Of a DNA stretch of 18,604 nucleotides, positions 1 to 9,719 are shown piece by piece. Below the pieces are notes generated by a model. The model saw only the letters and a program-made list of their open reading frames with translations. It was not told the origin of the DNA and made no database searches. This DNA comes from Octopus sinensis. Taxonomy: Eukaryota. The position numbers were made by a program, and so were the translations under genes. The stretch covers positions 1-18,604 of the forward strand of contig NW_021824418.1 of assembly GCF_006345805.1 (NCBI RefSeq). Reading direction: 5' to 3'. Every line of letters starts with the position of its first letter. The first letter of the stretch is position 1.

Positions 1-169
1 TGGTATGGTGTCTCTGTGTGTGCACACCAACTTCAAATTGGCAAAGTACAGATAAATTGTCAAAATCTTTTCCCCTTATAATTAGCGAATAATGGGGAAC
101 AAGCCTTAAATCATGCACTCCTCCAAGAATCTTCCACCCAAAAATCTAACATATCAAGAATATCCTCGA

Positions 170-397
170 TGATGAGGTCCTTAAAACCTTCCCCCCAAAA
201 AAATTAAAAAAAATTTTCTGCATTTTGGTTAAAATGAACAACTACGATGTCCTCGACTTACATGATGAGGTCCTTAAAACCTTCCTCCCAAAAAAAATTA
301 AAAAAAATTTTTCTGCATTTTGGTTAAAATGAACAACTACGATGTCCTCGACTTACATGATGAGGTCCTTAAAACCTTCCCCCTAAAAAAAAATTAA
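170..397 (+). repeat. About 2.4 units of the ~94-bp Helitron-internal tandem repeat
   Basis: TGATGAGGTCCTTAAAACCTTCC recurs at about 170, 263 and 359; same unit as the 7866-8751 array. Confidence 0.9.
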
Positions 398-402
398 ACC
401 GG

Positions 403-862
403 ATTGAATTTTTAAACTCCTTAGATCCCTCTGGAATGCCGAATCATCTTTTAAAGTTAAAGATAGGCGTTCCAGTGGTTTTATTACGAAATCTTGCGCC
501 ACCTAAATTATGCAACGGAACGAGGTTAGTTATCAAAAATTTGATGGCTAACGTAATAGAGGCGACGATATTAACAGGTAAGTATAGAGGTGAGGATGTT
601 TATATTCCACGAATTCCGATAATTTCTGATGAATTACCATTTAGATTTAAAAGGCTGCAATTTCCTTTGAGGATGAGTTTTGCAATGACAATAAACAAGG
701 CCCAGGGACAGTCATTAAAGGTAGTTGGGTTATTTTTAGAGAGTGAGTGCTTTTCACATGGACAGCTGTATGTGGGATGCTCGAGGGTAGGCAGAAGAGA
801 AAATTTTATATGCCAAGGAAGGACGGACGACAAACATCGTTTATCAACAGGCGATAGAATAG
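403..862 (+). pseudogene. Helitron RepHel PIF1-type helicase, C-terminal fragment (frameshifted near its end)
   Basis: Reads [31 protein letters not shown]...LCNGTRL...[24 protein letters not shown]...[13 protein letters not shown], the classic PIF1/Helitron motifs. A 5-bp deletion relative to the 9531-9719 copy shifts the C-terminus out of frame. Confidence 0.9.
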
Positions 863-1027
863 GGTTACATTAAACCAGGTAGTTTTATACATCTACATAA
901 ACTTATAGTTGTTTGATGAAACAGGCCCTCCGCAGGAGCTAGGTCGCGGTGAGCGAAGCGAGCTGCCGAGCTAGTTATACATAAAAATATATTTATATGT
1001 GGAATAAAAATATATTTAAAGAAAAAT

Positions 1028-2593
1028 ATGTGGAATATTGACGATCATAAATCAAAAATAATTCATAAATTAATTGGAGAAATGATTGCAGTTAATTTAT
1101 TACCCTAATCATTTGTTGGTGATATTGGTTTCATTCGATTACTAAATCATATTATTCCAAATTATTGTATTCTCTCCAGAAAATATTTTTCGGAAAATAT
1201 TATTCCTGAAATTTTCAAAAATGTTAAAGCAACGATTACAAATGATATCGATTCTATCAAATTTTTGTCCCTGACAATTGATATTTGGACGGCTACCACA
1301 GCAAATAAACCTTTTCTTTGTATAACCGGACATTGGTTAACAGATTTATTTGCACAACAAAGAGTTTTGTTACGAGTTATTCCCTTGGAAGGTTCTCATA
1401 CATCTTCTAAGATTTGTGACGAGATAACTAATGTATTAGATGAATATAATCTGAAAAAAGAAATCATTTTTTTAATTTGAAGAGATTCTGCCCCAAACAT
1501 GATTGCTGGTGTAAGAAAGTCAGGAATCGAATCGCAATCTTGTTTTTTACATTCACTTCAATTATCAATAAATGAATCAATTTTTTCTCAAGAAGATGTC
1601 AAAAATATTATTAGTACTAGTCGGGATATTGTAAGCCATTTTAATCATTCTGCACTTGCAATTAGCAAATTAACTAACTTGCAAACTCAATTAAATCTGC
1701 CTGTCCATAAATTGAAACAAGATATTAATATCAGATGGAATTCTACTTATTACATGTTATCGAGAGTGATCGAACAACGAAAAGCTCCCGTAACATATGC
1801 AATTGATAATAATCTTTCAATATTATCAGATATACAGTGGATAACAGCAGAAAAAATTGTTAAAATTTTGAAACCATTTGAGGAAATAACAATTGAAGCG
1901 AGCAAAAGGAGTGCTACTGCTTCCATGATTATTCCTTCAATCAAAACAATTCTCTTATTTCTTGAAAAGGCAAAAGAATCTTGTGAATTTTATGAAATCA
2001 AAGAAACAATTGAAAAATTAATGTCCTCTATTGATAAAAGATTTACCTTTTATTTTGAAAACGAATCACTATGTATTACAACAACATTGGATCCCAGATT
2101 TAAAACAAGATTTCATAAGACTTGTATGATTGAAAGAATTTAAAAATTGATTGTTAAATATATGAAGGATAGTAATTCTCCTGACACGAAGTTATCTGAA
2201 AATGCCATTTCTTTGACAAAAATACAAAATTCGGAAACATTAACATTTGAAGAAATATTTTCTCAAATTTCATCTTCTAACCGAATTATGTCTATGGAGA
2301 AAAATTACCAACATTGCTATTTGACGGAACTTCAAAATTATTTAGAGCTAGATTTTATACCACGAACTGATAATATATTTACCTGGTGGAAGAACTTCAC
2401 GAATATATTTCCCCGCTTAAGTAAAATGGCGTTGAAATATTTAACAGCTCCTGCTTCGTCTGTAGAAAGCGAAAGAGTTTTCAGCACTGGAGGAAATATA
2501 TATCAACCGAAAAGAAATAGACTTTTGCCAGAGAATGGAGAAATGATGATGTACCTTCAATATAATTTAAAAACATTAGACTTTAATTATTGA
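1028..2593 (+). pseudogene. hAT-superfamily (ZBED1/ZBED4-like) transposase pseudogene, N-terminal BED region absent from the window
   Basis: One continuous frame broken by TAA 1106, TGA 1478 and TAA 2141. Motifs: WNIDD...IGEMIA, SLTIDIWT, RDSAPNM, CFLHSLQL, RWNSTYYML, LDPRFK, and the hAT dimerisation motif WWK...FPRLSKMALKYLTAPASSVESERVFSTGG. Confidence 0.92.
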
Positions 2594-2661
2594 TTCTTTT
2601 AAAAAAATTTTGTTTTTTTAACGTTTTGTTGTATACAATTGTATTTTGGAAAATAATTACA

Positions 2662-2759
2662 TTACCGATTAATCGGCAGATTTTGCCGATTACCGATAAT
2701 TGGCAAAGTGGCCGATATGCCGATTACCGATTATCGGCCGATTAATCGATGCACCTCTA
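2662..2759 (+). mobile_element. Right terminus of the hAT element: CCGATTA subterminal repeats and terminal inverted repeat
   Basis: Dense (A/G)CCGAT(T/A)A and TAATCGG repeats ending ...ATTAATCGATGCACCTCTA (reverse complement TAGAGGTGCATCGATTAATCGG), which resembles hAT TAG-starting termini. The left end is not in the window. Confidence 0.7.
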
Positions 2760-2984
2760 ATCAATACTATTTTTTGGGTCAATGTGCTTTCTCACAGAAA
2801 TATATTAAAAAACCCTTACCATTTTCATAATGTTGAACTTGAGCGCCTCAAAAAAAATTTGAAAAAAAATGAAGCAATCATGGACTTACATGCCTGGAAG
2901 GAATTTGATGCGTTAAAACACTGCCAAATTCTGCCAAAATGTTCAAATTAGAATAATTAACACAAAATACTTTTTTGGTAAAAA

Positions 2985-3073
2985 CGATTCGACTGAATAG
3001 TGAAAGATGGGTACCATTTGTAGTCGTGTTTACTCTGACTCATCATAATCTTAAATATAAGTAATATGACCTT
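2985..3073 (+). repeat. ~90-bp repeat A, with an inverted copy at 5084-5174
   Basis: CGATTCGACTGAATAGTGAAAGATGGGTACCA...GTAATATGACCTT is the reverse complement of 5084-5174 with few mismatches. Confidence 0.9.
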
Positions 3074-3190
3074 CAGAATTATCAATTTATTTTGCTTTTT
3101 TCAACAAATTATCTGACATTCTAGAACTTTCGAACCAGGATAAAATTTTGAGGTTATTATAATATTTTTAATTAATTTATTGATATAGGT

Positions 3191-3435
3191 TAATAAATTG
3201 TGAATAATCTAGCATAGAAGATCGAATTTGTGATTCTCCTTGTTTTTAAAGCTAAAACAGCCAAATTAAACTTCTCTGATTTGTCGGGCAAAAATTCTGT
3301 TTTTAAAAATTTTAAATGACCATAGCAACTTTCAAAATTGCATTTAACTAACAAATAGACCTATTAGTTCGAATATAAAAACCGTTCAGATATCTAATAA
3401 CGTCTTATTTTTTAAAAGTCTTAATTTTAGAATCT
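3191..3435 (+). repeat. ~245-bp repeat B, with a diverged inverted copy at 6182-6429
   Basis: Shared blocks such as GATCGAATTTGTGATTCTCC, TTTGTCGGGCAAAAA and AAAAACCGTT.AGATATCTAATAACGTCTTATTT occur reverse-complemented and in collinear order at 6182-6429. Confidence 0.85.
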
Positions 3436-3768
3436 GACTGGAATGATATTTAAAAGCTGGAGGGAATTATATCGTGCACTTTATGAATAATCCTTGATTT
3501 AGTATTATTTAAATAAATCATTTCTATTAGTATTTATTATATGATTTGCTAAAAGTTATCTTCTCTGATAGCTTTGATAAATACTGATTCTTTTCTGTTT
3601 TTGATTGAATCAAAATATAAGTATTTTCTATTTTTATTTTCTATTTTTACTAAAAATTAACATTAATAAAATACATTTACAAAAAACATCGAATTTTGGA
3701 TCACACGTAATAAAATACATTTTTCCGTTCATAAATTTTGCTGCAAGACATTTCCCTACACGCCCACC

Positions 3769-4770
3769 TAAACCAAATCAGAAAATCAAACCCCAGTGGT
3801 AATTTTGCTTAATTGTGGCGATGATTTTTTTATTTGCCGACTCAGATTTATTAACATTTATTATTTGCACATTCCCAGATTTCGAAAATTGAACTTTAAC
3901 AATTAATGACAAATTCTACATCCGGATATGTAGGAGTATTTGGTTGGCATAATTTTAATAAAAAATCCAAAGTTTTTAAAGTATATTTTTGATGGGAATT
4001 GGTACTTTCCGTCTTCGAATAAACATGTCCCCCAATTTTTTTGATCTTGAATAAAAATATAGTTATTAAACTTACTAAATTTTATGTTTTCAATCAAAGA
4101 AATAAATAGTATATATAGCAATATTGTCCTGATCATTTTTAGACTTAAAAACCAGAATAATAATAATATATACATAAATAACATCTGTACTGACGCAAAC
4201 TCAACCTGTCAATTTTACTAAGAATATTAAGTAAAACACAGAAATAAGAACAAAGTAAATAACAAAAATAATTTTATTAATAATTACATTTCCTAAAATG
4301 GAACAAACCCTCTCCTTTTGAGACAACTTGTCAATTATTTTTCAACCTCAGACACAAATTCCATTTTCTAATAAAAACACATGCAAAAATAATTTTATTA
4401 AAAATTACGAAAAAAAGACAACATTAGTCAATCATTTCGTTCAAAAAACAAAAATATTTAACAGTTTAAAGAGATCTGAACAAAAAATTAAAATTCAATT
4501 AAACGTTCTACCATAAGAATTATCAAATATAAATTACATCCAGTCACCTACGCTGGCATTTTCTACATTCATAAAGTTTCGTTTATATAAGCACAAAATT
4601 TAACTTCTTTTAAAATAGGTACTCATCCACTACTCTCCCTAATAGACGTTTTCTTTCTAGGAAAGATCACTGAGTCAACGAAGGGTGATATTTACCATCA
4701 CAAACTAGTACGATCCCATCGACATATACTAAAATCAACTTCCAAAATTTGTTGTAGAATTTATTAATTA
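3769..4770 (+). repeat. ~1-kb duplicated segment, copy 1
   Basis: Near-identical to 7361-7751 joined to 9832-10441. Confidence 0.95.
3778..4136 (-). other. Possible small spliced gene or gene remnant inside the duplication (hydrophobic N-terminus, unknown product)
   Basis: ATG at 4136. Removing candidate introns 4046-4075 (GTAAG...AAG, 30 nt) and 3894-3919 (26 nt) gives an open frame of about 100 aa that is kept in the second copy. No recognisable homology, and upstream exon-like blocks do not splice into an open frame. Confidence 0.2.
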
Positions 4771-4905
4771 TCTTAATAATAAAATGGTATGGTGTGTGTC
4801 TGTCTGTCTGTGTGTGCACACCAACTTCAAATTGGCAATACGATGTCCTCGACTTACATGATGAGGTCCTTAAAACCTTCCCCCCAAAAAAAATTAAAAA
4901 AAATT
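4771..4905 (+). mobile_element. 5' fragment of the same Helitron, copy 2 (3' end missing)
   Basis: A|TCTTAATAATAAAATGGTATGG start, a short (CTGT)n tract and less than one ~94-bp unit. The paralogous empty site is A|T at 10441/10442. Confidence 0.85.
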
Positions 4906-4969
4906 TCGCTTGTGACACGTGTGGGATTATAACTTTGTTTATGTTCCTACGGAATGTGTAATAATAATA

Positions 4970-5070
4970 TGTCACAGTCGGTTAATGAAACACGCCGTTA
5001 ATGAAACGCCAACATCAAATTGATTAAATCCAATAAAATTATGTGATAATTTTATTATCGGACTGTGACA
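4970..5070. mobile_element. 101-bp MITE-like element with TGT...ACA inverted termini
   Basis: Left TGTCACAGTCGGTTAATGAAA versus reverse-complemented right end TGTCACAGTCCGATAATAAAA (18/21 match). Flanks AATA / AATT could be an imperfect 4-bp target-site duplication. Confidence 0.55.
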
Positions 5071-5083
5071 AATTAATAATTTC

Positions 5084-5174
5084 AAGGTCATATTACGTAT
5101 ATTTAAGAATATGATGAGTCAGAGTAAACACGACTCAACACATGGTACCCATCTTTCACTATTCAGTCGAATCG
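5084..5174 (-). repeat. Inverted copy of repeat A (2985-3073)
   Basis: Direct reverse-complement match. Confidence 0.9.
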
Positions 5175-5586
5175 TCCTGAATATTATAGGTCGCGCTATA
5201 CATCACTATTCCCCAGAATGATTGGCTGGAGAAATTGAAGAATAAAGGCAAAGATCAAAGAGAATGCTTCCATGGTCGTCGAGCAAAGAACGAAGTTAGA
5301 TATACCGGAAGGCAAGTACTGTCGCAGGTTACAAAGGCAGAATACCGAAGCGGACACAAAGACTAGCATGATCCCAAACATTAATTTTATCCAATAATAA
5401 AATTAATGTCTCAATAGAGATGTTGAATTTTATTTATAGATTTATTCCCAAGAAAAGAAATGCCACACCTCCGGAAATGAGTTTATTAAAAATGCAAAAA
5501 TGGATATGTGTTTAATTAAGTGGAGGAATGAATATTATTATTAAAAGAAAGAGTGTTAATATTTATTTCATTTCCTGTATGTTTCA

Positions 5587-6030
5587 GCATATGATGTTGT
5601 CTACATCATTCGGGAAACACTCATTACAGGCTTGGGTAAGTAATATTCATACCTGTTGCTCCTACAGTAGTCACTGTGAGTGTTCCGGAAAGTATTTTCC
5701 TTTTGGAATTATTACTGGACTATGAAATAGACACGGACTTACTTTAGAATTAATATAGCATTGGAATTTTGACCAACTGCCTCACCTCCAAGTATTCTAA
5801 GCTTATAAACCCAAATGCATACGATATTGGCTGGGCCTCATCAATTCTGAGGCACATGATAGAATTTATAATAGTAATGTTGTATTGAATATTTACAAAT
5901 GGACGGTACGTTTTGTATTTCGGCAATATACTAAAATTTAGTTATACTTAAGAAATACATCAATGACAAACTCGAACAAGTCAAAAATGCCGAACGACTC
6001 AAATACCGCAATTCCCAGCATAAATAGAGA
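5587..6030 (+). pseudogene. Possible decayed spliced gene fragment, product unknown
   Basis: Exon-like blocks separated by GTAAGTAAT...CTACAG (32 nt) and GTACGTTT...TTTAG (36 nt). The spliced frame YDVVYIIRETLITGL|VVTVSVPESIFLLELLLDYEIDTDLL hits in-frame stops. No family recognised. Confidence 0.2.
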
Positions 6031-6181
6031 CCTCTGTAGTTAAAAATAAATTATATTAGCCTATACAGTATATGTAATTTTTCCAGACCATAGAAAGTAT
6101 CGTTCAAAATATACATTAAGGAACCAGAACAGTCTCTAAAAAATAAATTGACAATGATCTACAGTGTTTCAAGTTGTGGGA

Positions 6182-6429
6182 AGATTCTAAAATTGGGTCT
6201 TTCAACAAATAAGACGTTATTAGATATCTCAACGGTTTTTATATTCGAATTATTAATTCTATTTGTTTGATAAATGCAATTTTGAAGGTTGCTATAGACA
6301 TTTAAAATTTTTTAAAAACATATGATTTTTGCCCGACAAATCACAGATGTTTAATTTAGCTGTTGTAGCTTTAAAAACTAGGAGAATCACAAATTCGATC
6401 ATCTATGCTAAATTATTCACAATTTATTA
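6182..6429 (-). repeat. Inverted copy of repeat B (3191-3435)
   Basis: Reverse-complement match with scattered substitutions. Confidence 0.85.
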
Positions 6430-6683
6430 TCTCATCCTGATGAATATTATATCTTTAATTTTAAAGACAGGAAATAAATAAGTAAAAATATTTTATTATT
6501 CACAAAAGATTAGAATACAAATTTGTTTTTGGAAGTATGTCTAAATTATGCCCAAATATTGTCAAAATTCCGTATGCAATTTTTTAATTTATAAAAAGAA
6601 TCTGGAAGAGAATTCCAAGTTTTGAAAATCACATCTTCAATTTTCTTTAGTATAAAATCAATATCACTTTTAATTTTACCTCA

Positions 6684-7317
6684 GAAATTGAATTTCCTGA
6701 TAGCATGAGCCGCCTCGACAGGTTCAGAATCAGGAAACTTTCTGAATCTGTTACATTCGAAAATAGAGTTGTATTCTACAATAGAACTGGTCTAAAATTG
6801 CGTTTTTTGCGAGGTTGAAATGGAGTCGAAGCTCAAATTTGTTGAAGTTGAAATTTATTTCAATATAATTTAGGCGGAACATAATCTTAATCACTTTAGA
6901 CGGGACCGCTTATTTTCAAAGCTGAGAAGATTGATTTATAGATACAAGGTCAAGTGGAGAGGTTGTATTTTAATTATTTTCTTAATTAGATTTAACCAAA
7001 GTATAAAGCGATAGATCTCATCTACTAGCGCCTCAAATGGATTTTTTGGAAGATACGTTGCATGCATTAAGGATATTGTTTTCGACTACAACAATATAGT
7101 GCACTCGACGACGAAGAAAGTCCCTTTCTATCTATTTGTGGGAATGTAAAATCCAGTGAATATTGAGAATGACAAAATGGAAGGCTTACTTCCATATGAT
7201 GACGACCTCAATGGGGCCCGCGAACAAGCATACCTGAATATAATAAATGCTGGTGAAAAAATGGTGCAACGAAGAAAGTGGAAATTTGACAAAGAATCCA
7301 TTGAAATTGGAGTCTAA
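6684..7317 (+). pseudogene. Intron-containing retroviral-type integrase remnant A (Ginger-like DNA transposon), internally deleted
   Basis: EFPDSMSRLDRFRIRKLSESVTFENRVVFY...(frameshift)KLKFVE|27-nt intron 6847-6873|AEHNLNHFRRDRL, then a deletion junction to IQGQVER|28-nt intron 6962-6989|FNQSIKR*...YNNIVHSTTKKVPFYLFVG. GQVERFNQ and YNxxVHSTTxxxPF are integrase-core motifs. Several in-frame stops. Confidence 0.75.
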
Positions 7318-7772
7318 AGTGAAGATAGGGAGATATTCGAGGGAGTTCACCATTCGAGATTAAACCAAATCAGAAAATCAAACCCCTGTGGTAATTTTGC
7401 TTAATTGTGGCAATGATTTTTTTATTTGCCGACTCAGATTTATTAACATTTATTATTTGCACATTCCCAGATTTCGAAAATTGAACTTTAACAATTAATG
7501 ACAAATTCTACATCCGGATATGTAGGAGTATTTGGTTGGCATAATTTTAATAAAAAATCCAAAGTTTTTAAAGTATATTTTTGATGGAAATTGGTACTTT
7601 CCGTCTTCGAATGAACATGTCCCCCAATTTTTTTGATCTTTAATAAAAATATAGTTATTAAACTTACTAAATTTTATGTTTTCAATCAGAGAAATAAATA
7701 GTATATATAGCAATATTGTCCTGACCATTTTTAGACTTAAAAACCAGATAATCTTAATAATAAAATGGTATG

Positions 7773-7844
7773 GTGTGTGTCTGTCTGTCTGTCTGTCTGT
7801 GTGTCTGTCTTGTGTCTGTCTGTCTGTCTGTCTGTCTGTGTGTG
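7773..7844 (+). repeat. (CTGT)n/(GT)n microsatellite within the Helitron 5' end
   Basis: Directly visible; shorter versions lie at the same position in the copies at 1 and 4771. Confidence 0.95.
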
Positions 7845-7865
7845 CACACCAACTTCAAATTGGCA

Positions 7866-8751
7866 ATACGATGTCCTCGACTTACATGATGAGGTCCTTA
7901 AAACCTTCCCCCCAAAAAAATTAAAAAAAATTTTTCTGCGTTTTGGTCAAAATGAACAACTACGATGTCCTCGACTTACATGATGAGGTCCTTAAAACCT
8001 TCCCCCCAAAAAAATTAAAAAAAAATTTTTCTGCGTTTTGGTCAAAATGAACAACTACGATGTCCTCGACTTACATGATGAGGTCCTTAAAACCTTCCCC
8101 CCAAAAAAATTAAAAAAAAATTTTCTGCATTTTGGTTAAAATGAACAACTACGATGTCCTCGACTTACATGATGAGGTCCTTAAAACCTTCCCCCCAAAA
8201 AAATTAAAAAAAAATTTTCTGCATTTTGGTTAAAATGAATAACTACGATGTCCTCGACTTACATGATGAGGTCCTTAAACCTTCCCCCCAAAAAAATTAA
8301 AAAAAAATTTTCTGCATTTTGGTAAAATGAACAACTACGATGTCCTCGACTACATGATGAGGTCCTTAAAACTTCCCCCCAAAAAATTAAAAAAAAATTT
8401 TCTGCATTTTGGTTAAAATGAACAACTACAATGTCCTCGACTTACATGATGAGTCCTTAAAACCTTCCCCCCAAAAAAATTAAAAAAAAATTTTCTGCAT
8501 TTTGGTTAAAATGAATAACTACGATGTCCTCGACTTACATGATGAGGTCCTTAAAACCTTCCCCCCAAAAAAATTAAAAAAAAAATTTTCTGCATTTTGG
8601 TTAAAATGAACAACTACAATGTCCTCGACTTACATGATGAAGTCCTTAAAACCTTCCCCCCAAAAAAATTAAAAAAAAATTTTCTGCATTTTGGTTAAAA
8701 TGAACAACGCGAATGTCCTCGACATTCATGATGAGGTCCATTAAAACCTTC
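7866..8751 (+). repeat. Tandem array of a ~94-bp unit, 9 full copies plus a diverged partial copy
   Basis: TAC(G/A)ATGTCCTCGAC recurs at about 7867, 7961, 8056, 8150, 8244, 8336, 8427, 8520 and 8615, with a degenerate copy at about 8709. Units differ mainly in homopolymer lengths. Confidence 0.95.
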
Positions 8752-8962
8752 AAGGCAAAAATCTCACGTATTAAGAATATCCTTGATGAAAACGACAGCG
8801 AGAATATTAACAATGATGAACTCCCAATTATTCGCGATAAAGAAATTCAATTCATCCTATGTTTTTCTCTCTTTAAAATAAATGCATATATCATTATCGA
8901 CCATGAATCAAAATTAAAGCTATTATCATATTTGACTTTGACAGAATGTGCAATCACAGATT

Positions 8963-9166
8963 GCACGACTTTGAATAGAGTGTGCAATTAACAGATTTTG
9001 AAAAACCACTTTGATAGTTGAAACCACATTAGCACAATCATTAACACAATTTACCACCAATTGACGCACGACCTTGAATAGAGTGTGCAATTAACAGATT
9101 TTGAAAAACACTTTGATAGTTGAAACCACATTAGCACAACCATTAACACAATTTACCACCATTGAC
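8963..9166 (+). repeat. Two-copy ~103-bp tandem duplication inside the Helitron
   Basis: GCACGAC(T/C)TTGAATAGAGTGTGCAATTAACAGATTTTGAAAAA...TTTACCACC at 8963 and 9066. Confidence 0.92.
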
Positions 9167-9361
9167 AGCGCAATCAGAAGAATTTGCGTAAAAATATTAA
9201 CTATTTACTTGAGTTTTTCGTAAAGATAGAATTTATTTTCGGTATGCCTCTTTTCCTAAACTTTTTTATTATTCAAAAATAATTTTTTAAATAGATAACC
9301 GAAGGAGGAAAAACGAAGCTGAAGAAAAAACGGTCAGCTTAATAAGGTAATTAATTAAATC

Positions 9362-9446
9362 TTTTTTGTGTGTCGCTTTTTTGTGTGTCGTTTTCTTGCC
9401 TGCCGCATTTCCGCCTGCCGCATCTCCCCCTGCCCCATTTCCGCCA
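9362..9446. repeat. Short 15-bp-period repeats (TTTTTTGTGTGTCG x2; GCCTGCCGCATTTCC-like x3)
   Basis: Directly visible GC-rich island inside the Helitron. Confidence 0.8.
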
Positions 9447-9530
9447 GTAAAAAAGAAAAAAAAGGAAATTACAAAGGAAAAATGAAAAAATTAAATATAA
9501 AAAAAAATAAACCACAAAAAATGAAAAAAG

Positions 9531-9719
9531 TTTGCAATGACAATAAACAAGGCCCAGGGACAGTCATTAAAGGTAGTTGGGTTATTTTTAGAGAGTGAGT
9601 GCTTTTCACATGGACAGCTGTATGTGGGATGCTCGAGGGTAGGCAGAAGAGAAAATTTATTCATATATGCCAAGGAAGGACGGACGACAAACATCGTTTA
9701 TCAACAGGCGATAGAATAG
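9531..9719 (+). pseudogene. Helitron PIF1 helicase extreme C-terminal fragment
   Basis: [62 protein letters not shown]; near-identical to 679-862. Confidence 0.9.

Larger units (their letters stand above)
1..974 (+). mobile_element. Non-autonomous Helitron, copy 1 (5' TC end lies about 14 bp upstream of the window)
   Basis: Begins with the same TGGTATGGTG...GCACACCAACTTCAAATTGGCAA leader as the copies at 4771 and 7752. Contains ~94-bp repeats, a PIF1 helicase C-terminal fragment and a GC-rich hairpin, and ends CTAG (971-974) followed by T. Confidence 0.85.

Noticed and set aside
4667-4770. Minus-strand ILVYVDGIVL resembling the copia reverse transcriptase YVDD motif
   Set aside because: The second catalytic Asp is absent and flanking RT/RNase H motifs could not be convincingly found. 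A profile search would settle it.
3605-5725. Short AT-rich ORFs 3605-3802, 4328-4516, 5196-5381 and 5528-5725
   Set aside because: Low-complexity I/F/K/N-rich translations typical of non-coding AT-rich DNA.
3769-7317. Alternative genetic code (TGA=Trp or TAA/TAG=Gln) to explain in-frame stops
   Set aside because: Intact genes end in TAA or TAG and the hAT frame ends in TGA. Reading TGA through did not give a coherent spliced protein in the duplicated segment, and the affected regions also have frameshifts or deletions.
7676-7983. ORFs 7676-7924 and 7765-7983 (VCLS repeats)
   Set aside because: These are translations of the (CTGT)n microsatellite and the tandem unit.
7866-8751. Regular repeat array as a possible CRISPR
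   Set aside because: Units are contiguous and near-identical with no unique spacers, there are no cas genes, and the context is eukaryotic and inside a Helitron.
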